DNA of 32,000 bases from Crocosphaera subtropica ATCC 51142 (GTDB lineage Bacteria > Cyanobacteriota > Cyanobacteriia > Cyanobacteriales > Microcystaceae): positions 1,860,001 to 1,892,000 of the forward strand of contig NC_010546.1 in the NCBI RefSeq assembly GCF_000017845.1. Direction: 5' to 3'. How positions within the stretch are numbered: the stretch's first letter is position 1; each line of letters starts with the position of its first letter. The notes below the pieces were generated by a model. The model saw only the letters and a list, made by a program, of their open reading frames with translations, did not search any database and had not been told where the DNA came from. The translations under genes and the position numbers were made by a program. Positions 19,321-26,909 of the stretch are shown in pieces.

Positions 19321-19501
19321 CATCTTGCATCTTCGCTCAACCGAAGCTCCTTTAGGGAGGGAACAGCGAGTGTTTAATTTGCCGTCGTACGGCAAATGAA
19401 AGAAACACTCAAGACAGAGAACAGAGTCTATTTTGACGGTAACTCCTTAAGAATTGATTTTTTCTCCTTGGTTATTGAGTTTTCCTGTACTGATGCAAGA
19501 T
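19321..19501. ncRNA. Candidate structured RNA or regulatory element of unknown class (strand undetermined)
   Basis: A 10-bp perfect long-range pairing (19322-19331 with 19492-19501) encloses a 43-nt two-tier hairpin (19368-19410, 16 bp in total). It sits in an 840-bp ORF-free spacer. No transcript evidence is available. Confidence 0.2.
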
Positions 19502-19613
19502 ATCAGAATAACAATCAAATAACGGTAACAACCTCAATATTCTCGAATTAATAAACCGATATAGAAGGGTTTGTTACTTGTTTTTGTGAACACTTATTTA
19601 TCTATTTAATGCC

Positions 19614-20591
19614 GTGACACCCACCATTAGTGATGCCAACGTAAAGGCTGCCTTAGCTGCCATTGAGTCTGAAACAGCTACGCTATCAGAAAAAGTAGAA
19701 ATGTTGATAGAAATGGCTACAGGACTACAAAATAAACCAAAAACCAGTCAACAACTTGAAGATGCGATTTTACTCTACCGCAGAGGTTTAGAGTTATGTA
19801 CCCCTGAGATGCCTTTGTTGCAAGCCAGATGTTTATCAGGAATGGGAACAGCGTTACGAACCATTCCCAGTGAAGGAGTAAACTTACTCTTAGAAGCTAA
19901 AACGGCCTACCAAAAAGCCTTACCAATTTTAGAAGAACATGCTTCCCCAGAAGAAGTGGCCGAAACGTATATGAATCTAGGGGTGGTGTTGCAGGGGTTG
20001 GTTGGGTTTCATGAAGCCACCATGCAAGAAGCCATACAAGCTTATCAAAAAGCAGCGAAAGTATTCACAGGGGAAAGTTATCCCCAAGAATTTGCCATTT
20101 TACAAAATAATATTGCGATCGCTTATTTGTCTTTACCCTTGAGTCCTGATAAGGAAAAAATGCGTCAAGGGATGGCAGTACAGTCCTTTGAAGCAGCGTT
20201 GAAATGGGTGACGTTAATCGATCATCCGAGTGAATATGCCATGCTACAAAACAATTTAGCCAACGCTCTCCAGTATCTTAATACATCCCATCCCATCGAG
20301 AACAATGTGAAGGCATTAGCAGCTTATGATGAGGCATTAAAGGTCAGAACTCGGCAAGATACTCCCATCGAATATGCCAATACCATCGCCAATAAAGCTA
20401 ATGTTTTGTTTAACTTACCCGATGATATTGAACACCCCGAAGCCGGCAACCCTAATAATTTAAAACAGTGCCAAGCTTACTATCAAGAAGCGAAACAAAT
20501 ATTCAGCGACTATGGACAATGGGAACAAGCTAACCTGGTAGCAGAAATGCTAGAAAATATTGACAAGGAATTATCGGCATTATCTCAGTAA
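19614..20591 (+). CDS. TPR-like all-helical repeat protein (325 aa)
   Basis: Repeated A-x-x-Y/A-L helical-pair patterns (AYQKAL, AYQKAA, AYDEAL, YYQEAK). The track start is a GTG; the first in-frame ATG is at 19701, so the start is uncertain. Confidence 0.7.
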   Translation: MTPTISDANVKAALAAIESETATLSEKVEMLIEMATGLQNKPKTSQQLEDAILLYRRGLELCTPEMPLLQARCLSGMGTALRTIPSEGVNLLLEAKTAYQKALPILEEHASPEEVAETYMNLGVVLQGLVGFHEATMQEAIQAYQKAAKVFTGESYPQEFAILQNNIAIAYLSLPLSPDKEKMRQGMAVQSFEAALKWVTLIDHPSEYAMLQNNLANALQYLNTSHPIENNVKALAAYDEALKVRTRQDTPIEYANTIANKANVLFNLPDDIEHPEAGNPNNLKQCQAYYQEAKQIFSDYGQWEQANLVAEMLENIDKELSALSQ

Positions 20592-20652
20592 CGCTACAAA
20601 AAATTGAGAGCAAAAAGTTTGTACTTTCGTTGATTTTAGGAGACGTTTCTCT

Positions 20653-20922
20653 ATGACTGATTTAATTGGATATGTTAGTAGTAACCCAAGCATTCAAGGA
20701 TTTTTTACAAATTTGATGGCTGGAGAAATTACCTTAATTACAGGGATTTTTTGGTTATTATTTGCTGCTGTTATTTCTATGATTGCTGGAGCAATTGGTG
20801 GCATTATTTTGGCAGGAAAAGATTTAGGCTATGAGTTAGCAGCTATCCTAGGCAGTTTATTCGGTCCTGCTGGAGTGATTCCCGTAGCTGCTATTGGTTT
20901 AGTTGTTCTCAAATTTGTTTAG
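20653..20922 (+). CDS. Small glycine-zipper membrane protein (89 aa)
   Basis: AGGAG lies 10 nt upstream of the ATG. Two predicted TM helices are rich in GxxxG/A (MIAGAIGGIILAG and LFGPAGVIPVAAIG). Confidence 0.65.
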   Translation: MTDLIGYVSSNPSIQGFFTNLMAGEITLITGIFWLLFAAVISMIAGAIGGIILAGKDLGYELAAILGSLFGPAGVIPVAAIGLVVLKFV

Positions 20923-20934
20923 GAGTTTTTGATT

Positions 20935-21159
20935 ATGTTAGATTTAGCTTGGTACTCAGCAAAGTTATTTTTTAAAGGCAAATTATTCCGAAACCCTGGT
21001 TATTTTTATCGTCAATTGACTTTGGGGGTTTTGATCGGTTCTTTGTTATTAGTAGGGTTAGGTGAAACGGGATTAAATCTCGCTTTTGTTATTACCATTT
21101 CTAGTTTAGTAACGGGAATGATGATGCCATTTTTACTGAAAGATGTGAAAATGAAGTAA
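20935..21159 (+). CDS. Small membrane protein (74 aa from ATG 20935; the track uses TTG 20929)
   Basis: AGGAG lies 9 nt upstream of ATG 20935 and 12 bp after the preceding stop. Two hydrophobic helices. Confidence 0.6.
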   Translation: MLDLAWYSAKLFFKGKLFRNPGYFYRQLTLGVLIGSLLLVGLGETGLNLAFVITISSLVTGMMMPFLLKDVKMK

Positions 21160-21174
21160 ATAACTAATTGATAT

Positions 21175-21241
21175 GTAGGTGAGCAAAACTCAGATATTTT
21201 CTTAATTATTTGATGATATTGTTAAAATTTGCTCATCCTAC
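21175..21241. repeat. Imperfect inverted repeat (13-bp arms with one bulge, about 40-bp AT-rich spacer)
   Basis: GTAGGTGAGCAAA (21175-21187) pairs with TTTGCTCATCCTAC (21228-21241). It lies just after the stop of the mini-membrane-protein gene. Confidence 0.4.
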
Positions 21242-21355
21242 TTCTATACTTACATTTTGATTCCGAGGAACCAGGAATCTCATTAAATTCCTAACCATAA
21301 TAGTTAAGGTCGTAACAACAAAATAGTTAGTAATTAAACTATAAATATTATAAAT

Positions 21356-22216
21356 ATGACACAAGGAACAACAGAAAAAACACAAACCTTAGAGCAGTTA
21401 ATTAACGAAATTAGCCGTTATGAACAAATCGTTAATCAATGGGATAACAATCAACAGGTTGTAGTGGAACGGTTAAAAGAAGCCATTGAAAATTTACATA
21501 AAGAAGCCTTAAGCCGTCTCATTAAAACGGTAAAAAAGGAAGCGTTACCCTCATTACGGGAGGCAGTTAAAGATGAATTAGTTTATGGATTATTACGTTA
21601 TCATGATTTAATTAAACCCCCAAATCCTCCCCTAGAAAAACGCCTGGAACAAGCCTTAGCAACGGTACGACCAGGGTTAAAAAGTCATCATGGTGATGTG
21701 GAATTAGTAGCTATTAAATTACCGAATACGGTAGAAGTTAAATTAGTAGGAACTTGTAGCAATTGTCCAGCTTCTACTTTAACCATGAAACAAGGAATAG
21801 AACAAGCCATAAAAACCTACTGTCCTGAAATTACCAACGTGATCTCTGTTAATCATACGGTTACTTATACGGGAGATAAAATTGAGAGTCCTTTTGCGAC
21901 TTCTCAAGACGCTGGTTGGGTGGCTTTAGCTAGGGTTGATGAAATTCCGAACGGAGGAATATTACCCTTAGAAATTGAAGGGTTAAAGTTAATTTTAGTC
22001 AGGAATAATGAGATGGTTAAAGGCTATCGTAACAGTTGTATGCACTTAGCCCTACCATTAGATACAGGAGAGATAGAAAAGGGTGTGTTAACCTGCTTAC
22101 ATCACGGGTTTCAGTATCGCCTAGAAACTGGGGAATGTCTCACCTCTCCAGGGATGTTTCTTGAAGCTTATCCTGTTAAAAGAAGGGGTGAAAAGGTTTT
22201 AGTTAAAATTGCTTAA
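21356..22216 (+). CDS. NifU-like domain / Rieske [2Fe-2S] domain fusion protein
   Basis: Central NifU C-terminal-type module (HHGDVELV...GTCSNCPAS) and a C-terminal Rieske motif CMH-x16-CLHH. The N-terminal roughly 90 aa are helical. Confidence 0.82.
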   Translation: MTQGTTEKTQTLEQLINEISRYEQIVNQWDNNQQVVVERLKEAIENLHKEALSRLIKTVKKEALPSLREAVKDELVYGLLRYHDLIKPPNPPLEKRLEQALATVRPGLKSHHGDVELVAIKLPNTVEVKLVGTCSNCPASTLTMKQGIEQAIKTYCPEITNVISVNHTVTYTGDKIESPFATSQDAGWVALARVDEIPNGGILPLEIEGLKLILVRNNEMVKGYRNSCMHLALPLDTGEIEKGVLTCLHHGFQYRLETGECLTSPGMFLEAYPVKRRGEKVLVKIA

Positions 22217-22279
22217 TTATTAGTTATCGGCCAAGAGTTCTCGTCTAAGATCGAAAGTTGAAGAGTCATAACTAAAATC

Positions 22280-23047
22280 ATGCAGCAGCAACAAACCTTG
22301 AGTAACAGTTTCTTAAGTAGAACCTTTGTTCTACTTTATGGGGTGTTTTGTTATTTTACTTTTCTCTTAACTTGCGTTTATGCTGTGGGTTTTATTGGTA
22401 ATATCTTTCTACCGAAATCCCTCGATTCCAAGAGTCAAGAATCTTTAGTTACAGCTTTATTAATTGATGTGGGTTTGTTAGGAATTTTTGCCTTACAACA
22501 TAGTGTGATGGCCCGTAAACAATTTAAAGCTTGGTGGACAAGGTTAATTCCTAAACCTATGGAAAGAAGCACCTATGTTTTATTTTCTAGCTTAGCTTTG
22601 ATGTTAGTATTTTGGCAATGGCACCCCATTGGTATTACCATTTGGAATTTTGATAATTTAGTGGGGCAAATTATCTTCTATTCTCTCTTTGCTTTAGGGT
22701 GGGTCATCGTTCTTGTTTCTACTTTTTTAATTAATCATTTTGATTTATTCGGATTACGACAAGTTTATCTGTATTTTGAAGAAAAAGAATATACTCCTTT
22801 AAAGTTTAAAACGCCTGCTTTTTATCAGTATGTTCGTCATCCTTTATATGTGGGTTGGTTTCTCGTATTTTGGATGACTCCCATTATGACAGTGGCTCAT
22901 CTTGTCTTTGCTTCAGTCACCACTATTTATATTTTAGTTGCCATTCAATTAGAAGAAAAAGACTTAGTGGCAATACACGGAGAAAAATATGAAAATTATC
23001 GTCGTCAAGTGCCGATGTTAATTCCTTTCATCGGTAAAAAATCCTAA
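22280..23047 (+). CDS. Membrane methyltransferase of the ICMT/PEMT superfamily, MddA-like (candidate methanethiol S-methyltransferase)
   Basis: 255-aa polytopic ORF with the C-terminal motif YQYVRHPLYVGW...EEKDL. The overall pattern resembles the MddA family as I recall it. Confidence 0.65.
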   Translation: MQQQQTLSNSFLSRTFVLLYGVFCYFTFLLTCVYAVGFIGNIFLPKSLDSKSQESLVTALLIDVGLLGIFALQHSVMARKQFKAWWTRLIPKPMERSTYVLFSSLALMLVFWQWHPIGITIWNFDNLVGQIIFYSLFALGWVIVLVSTFLINHFDLFGLRQVYLYFEEKEYTPLKFKTPAFYQYVRHPLYVGWFLVFWMTPIMTVAHLVFASVTTIYILVAIQLEEKDLVAIHGEKYENYRRQVPMLIPFIGKKS

Positions 23048-23181
23048 CTATAGCGTTTGCTATTTGAGTGGTAAACTAGCTGGTTAGATAAGGCAGGAGC
23101 AAGTTTTTACATTTCAGTTATAAAAGAGAATTGGTATCAGCTTAATAAAAAGTTTAACTTTTCTTCATATAGTTAACCTTG

Positions 23182-23235
23182 ATATATCAAAAAAAATTGA
23201 TGTATAGTTTATATATCAAAAAAATTTGATATGTA
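23182..23235. promoter_or_regulatory. Two copies of a roughly 23-bp repeat, each containing an ATCAA-A/T-TTGAT palindrome, upstream of pstS
   Basis: atatATCAAaaaaaaTTGATgta (23182-23204) and atatATCAAAaaaaTTTGATatgta (23211-23235), 47-100 bp upstream of the pstS ATG. TTAA-core octamers at 23141, 23153 and 23172 loosely resemble Pho boxes. Confidence 0.35.
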
Positions 23236-23281
23236 AAAATCAGCGTCCAAAAAAAGCGAACAAACCATTGGGAAGGGAAAA

Positions 23282-24304
23282 ATGAATAGTACCGTGTCAA
23301 GCCCCTTAAGACCAATCCCATCCTTGCTTCTCAGTCTAGGAGTCAGTGTAGGAATCGTCTCTTGTGCTTCTCCTGAACTATCTAAATCAATTACCATTGA
23401 TGGGTCAAGTACCGTTTACCCGATTACAAAAGCGGTAGTTGAGTCCTATCAACAGACAGTTGAAAATCCTGTTGAGGTAATGGTTGATTTTTCGGGAACA
23501 GGGGGAGGATTTCGGAAATTTTGCGAAGGGAAAACCGATATTAATAATGCCTCCCGTCCCATCTTGAAAGACGAGATGGCTTTGTGCAATCGTAACAACG
23601 TCCGTTATATAGAACTTCCTATCGCTTTTGATGCCTTAACCATTGTGGTTAATCCTCAAAACACCTGGGTAGAGAGTCTAACCACCGAAGAATTAAGGAA
23701 AATCTGGCAACCAGAAGCAGAAAAGACCATTACCCGATGGAATCAAGTCAGACCAGAATTTCCAGACCAACCCCTTACACTTTACGGACCGGGAACTGAT
23801 TCTGGAACCTATGATTATTTTACCGAAGCAATTATGGGAACAGAGGATTCTAGCCGGACAGATTATGTCAGAAGTGAAAACGATGAAATTTTAGTGCAAG
23901 GGGTAAAACAAGACCCTAATGCTTTAGGATATTTTGGATTAGCTTATTATGAAGCCCATCCGACCGAATTGAAAGCCATTGCTATCGATAGTGGCAAAGG
24001 AGCGGTTTTACCTTCGAGTGAATCAGTCAAAGATTCTCAATATCAACCCTTAGCTAGACCCTTGTTCATCTATGTTAACTTAGCTTCGGCTCAGAACAAT
24101 CCTAGCTTACGAGAGTTTATCGATTTTTATCTAGCACAAGCCCCAACTTTGGTTGAAAAAGTGGGTTATATTCCCTTGCCTATCGAGGCTTATGACTTAG
24201 ATAAAGTCACTTTTCATAAGGGGGAAGCCGGAACCGTTTTTGACGGAAAAAGTGAATTAGAATTAACCATTCCCGATTTACTTAGAAAACAAGCACAATT
24301 TTAA
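23282..24304 (+). CDS. pstS: Phosphate ABC transporter substrate-binding lipoprotein, PstS family (orphan; no pstCAB adjacent)
   Basis: Lipoprotein-type signal ending GIVSC. PstS motifs GSSTVYPI, SGTGGG and NNASRP. Confidence 0.87.
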   Translation: MNSTVSSPLRPIPSLLLSLGVSVGIVSCASPELSKSITIDGSSTVYPITKAVVESYQQTVENPVEVMVDFSGTGGGFRKFCEGKTDINNASRPILKDEMALCNRNNVRYIELPIAFDALTIVVNPQNTWVESLTTEELRKIWQPEAEKTITRWNQVRPEFPDQPLTLYGPGTDSGTYDYFTEAIMGTEDSSRTDYVRSENDEILVQGVKQDPNALGYFGLAYYEAHPTELKAIAIDSGKGAVLPSSESVKDSQYQPLARPLFIYVNLASAQNNPSLREFIDFYLAQAPTLVEKVGYIPLPIEAYDLDKVTFHKGEAGTVFDGKSELELTIPDLLRKQAQF

Positions 24305-24403
24305 AGAACAACTCAGCTTTTTTCAATTCTACCTGACCTTTGATCAAATCAAAGAGAGTGTATAGTCTTTAATCAGTAAACTGAGTTAATAACTAGGAAA
24401 ACT

Positions 24404-24856
24404 ATGAAGTTGTATCCCAATTATCTCTGGTGGGTAATTCCTGAAAAATTAGCAGGAATGCCCCGTCCTCTCCTTGCAGATTTACCTCAACTTTATCAGG
24501 CTCAAATCAGAGGAATTGTCTCAGTCATGGATGAACCTTCTGGCATAAAAGAATATCAAGAAGCTGGATTTTCAGCTTTGTGGTTGCCGATTACGGGAGG
24601 AAAAGCTCCTACTGTTGAACAAGTTCTTGAATTTGTAAAATTTGCTGATTCTTTACTCAAAAAAAATCAATCAGTTGTTGTGCATTGTACCAGTGGCAAT
24701 CGCAGAACTGGAACTCTTTTAGCTTCCTATCTAATTGCTAAAGGAGAAGATCCTAAAATTGTCCTTCATCTTATTCAAAAAGTTCGTCCAACGGCTGAAC
24801 TAAGAGAAGCTCAAATCAACTTTTTATCAAATTTACCGATGCTTTTAAATCAATAA
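24404..24856 (+). CDS. Dual-specificity/tyrosine protein phosphatase family protein
   Basis: 150-aa ORF with the CX5R P-loop HCTSGNRRTG. Confidence 0.85.
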   Translation: MKLYPNYLWWVIPEKLAGMPRPLLADLPQLYQAQIRGIVSVMDEPSGIKEYQEAGFSALWLPITGGKAPTVEQVLEFVKFADSLLKKNQSVVVHCTSGNRRTGTLLASYLIAKGEDPKIVLHLIQKVRPTAELREAQINFLSNLPMLLNQ

Positions 24857-24985
24857 AAAAGAATGTATTAATGCTAATTTATATTAACAACTCTACTAAG
24901 GCTAAGTAAAAAAATATTATTTTAAAACAATCAAATCAATATTTCCTCTATAATAAACTTGCAAAAATTAGTTTTCAAGTATTTT

Positions 24986-25915
24986 ATGAGTATTGTAGTT
25001 TTCGGTAGCATTAATATGGATATGATTGCCCAAACCCCTCGCTTTCCTCAACCGGGGGAAACCATTACAGGCACTCACTTTATCACTTTACCAGGAGGAA
25101 AAGGGGCAAACCAAGCGGTTGCAACGGCAAAATTAGGTCGTTCAACTTACTTTGTGGGACGGGTTGGGGGTGATAGTTTAGGGAGAGATTTATTAAAAAA
25201 ATTAGAAACATTTGACATCAATACTCAGGGAGTTTTGATTGATAAAAATACCTCTTCAGGGGTAGCGATGATCACAGTAGAAACATCAGGAGAAAATAGC
25301 ATTATTGTTATTCCTGGGGCTAATGGTAACATTAATGAGTCTGATGTTATTCGTTTAGAGAAAATTCTCTTGAAAACCAGCCTTTTATTATTACAATTAG
25401 AAATTCCCTTAAAAGCAGTAGAAATAGCAGCCCTAGAAGCAAAAAAATTAGGGGTGACAGTCATGTTAGATCCAGCACCAGCACCAGAGAAAATTCCTGA
25501 TAGTTTATATCCTCTAATTGATATTATTACCCCCAATCAAACCGAAGCAGCGAAATTAGTCGGTTTCCCTGTGTCTGATACAGAAACCATTAAAAAAGCG
25601 GCTGAGGAATTATTGCAAAAAGGAGTCAAAATTGTCATTATTAAACTAGGGCAAAAAGGAGCCTTTTATGCCACAGAAAACGAGGAAGGATTTGTCGCTC
25701 CTACCGCCGTTAAAGCCATTGATACAGTGGGGGCAGGAGATGGATTTAATGGGGGAGTTGCTGCTGCTTTGGATCGGGGTTTATCCCTTAAAGAAGCCTT
25801 GAAATGGGGAGCTATTGTAGGAGCTTTAACTACCACAGAAGAAGGCGCACAAACTGCTTTACCCGACTTAGAAACCGTTGAACAATTAATAAATAACCCT
25901 CTTTCATCACTCTAG
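24986..25915 (+). CDS. rbsK: Ribokinase
   Basis: Motifs GGKGANQAVA and GAGDGFNGGVA. The ATG at 24986 gives the canonical N-terminus MSIVVFGSINMD; the track start at 24959 is a TTG. Confidence 0.9.
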   Translation: MSIVVFGSINMDMIAQTPRFPQPGETITGTHFITLPGGKGANQAVATAKLGRSTYFVGRVGGDSLGRDLLKKLETFDINTQGVLIDKNTSSGVAMITVETSGENSIIVIPGANGNINESDVIRLEKILLKTSLLLLQLEIPLKAVEIAALEAKKLGVTVMLDPAPAPEKIPDSLYPLIDIITPNQTEAAKLVGFPVSDTETIKKAAEELLQKGVKIVIIKLGQKGAFYATENEEGFVAPTAVKAIDTVGAGDGFNGGVAAALDRGLSLKEALKWGAIVGALTTTEEGAQTALPDLETVEQLINNPLSSL

Positions 25916-26628
25916 GCAGAAGAATAACAAAAGTTATCCCAAAGATAGACTAAATAATGTAGATAGTCAACCTCATTTATTTTAGCAATAAGTCTTGGAA
26001 ATCCCAATGAAAGTTGAGGAATTGGTAATACTTTCAACCACTTTAAAATGAAATTAAAGTAAAAATAAGGTTGCAAGATTAACTGCACATTATTTAGGAG
26101 AGATTTCCAGCCCTTGCCTTTATCCCATAACTCATGATTTTGAAAGGTTTTTGAAATGGGATTCACTGTGGAATTAAAAGATTCACTCAGGAGACAAATC
26201 ATCAAATAAGCTGACATAATTAATTCCCACCACTTCTGAATTTGCTCGTAGTGGGTGACTCAGAAATCTGCCCATCCTAGTTCACTTTTAGATTGTTTAA
26301 ATCCATATTCCACCCAAGTTCTTACTCCGTAAATATCCCCAACTTCTTTATATTTAATCTCAGGAATTCTTGTCATTACAAACCAACTTTCTTCTTGAGT
26401 TATATTTTCTTTATCTCTAGTAATTTCCCAATATTTAATCTTCATTCTTTTCCCATAAATTATCTCTCTAATATATCTAGTTTCTTTTTTTCCATCCCAT
26501 CTTGTGTGTTCAAATTTACGCCATCGGTTCGCTCTAACTTTCGCTTCTCTTGGAAGCCATACTCTATGATTACTGCGTATAGCCACTGCATATTCTATTC
26601 CTAAATTCTCAATACTATGTTTCGACTG
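25912..26628 (-). pseudogene. Decayed DDE transposase (IS701/IS4-superfamily-like), C-terminal part only, with an in-frame TGA
   Basis: Track ORFs 26260-26586 and 25912-26217 are in the same frame, separated by a single TGA (26260-26262). Read through, the sequence is ...WVEYGFKQSKSELGWADF*VTHYEQIQKWWELIMSAYLMI.... The frame is open upstream only to 26628, far short of a full transposase. Confidence 0.8.
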
Positions 26629-26653
26629 CTATAATGTTTGTCCTGTGGGGGTC

Positions 26654-26662
26654 TGTGGAAAA
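26654..26662 (-). promoter_or_regulatory. Perfect cyanobacterial-type DnaA box (TGTGGAAAA on plus = TTTTCCACA on minus)
   Basis: Exact 9-mer match. It may lie within IS-derived DNA, so its significance is uncertain. Confidence 0.4.
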
Positions 26663-26909
26663 CATTAAAATTCTCTAAAATTGGAATATTTGCCAATTTT
26701 GCTGAAAAATCAAGATTTTTAGTCATTTTTATGCTTCTTCTCCTAAGTATATATCCTCTTAACCTAATCTAATGGGGTTACGGTAAAGCTGAGGAGTCAG
26801 GATTTCGGAATTAGCAGCTAAAAGAATTCACATTAAGGTTAATTAAGGTATTTGAAAGCAAATTATTCTAATATGTTCTTTTAATTTTTGATTTTATCGT
26901 TTTTTCTCT

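Noticed and set aside
19333-19370. Resemblance to glutamine (glnA/Downstream-peptide) riboswitch elements (CCGAAG ... GGAAC)
   Set aside because: The conserved GGAAGUAGG element is absent. The CCGAAG and GGAAC pieces are split by an extra hairpin. The similarity is too fragmentary to call from memory.
19321-19501. Retron msr-msd hypothesis (flanking inverted repeats plus a long internal hairpin)
   Set aside because: No reverse transcriptase ORF follows. The downstream gene is a TPR-like protein, and no RT motif (YxDD) appears in any frame nearby.
23209-23397. 62-aa minus-strand ORF overlapping the pstS start and promoter
   Set aside because: It is antisense to the pstS 5' end and runs through the A/T repeat region. 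No RBS.
25225-25536. 103-aa minus-strand ORF inside rbsK
   Set aside because: A shadow ORF within a well-supported ribokinase CDS.
26293-26604. 103-aa plus-strand ORF (MFKSIFHPSSYSV...)
   Set aside because: It is antisense to the transposase relic, and its F/S/I-rich translation is typical of an AT-rich shadow frame.
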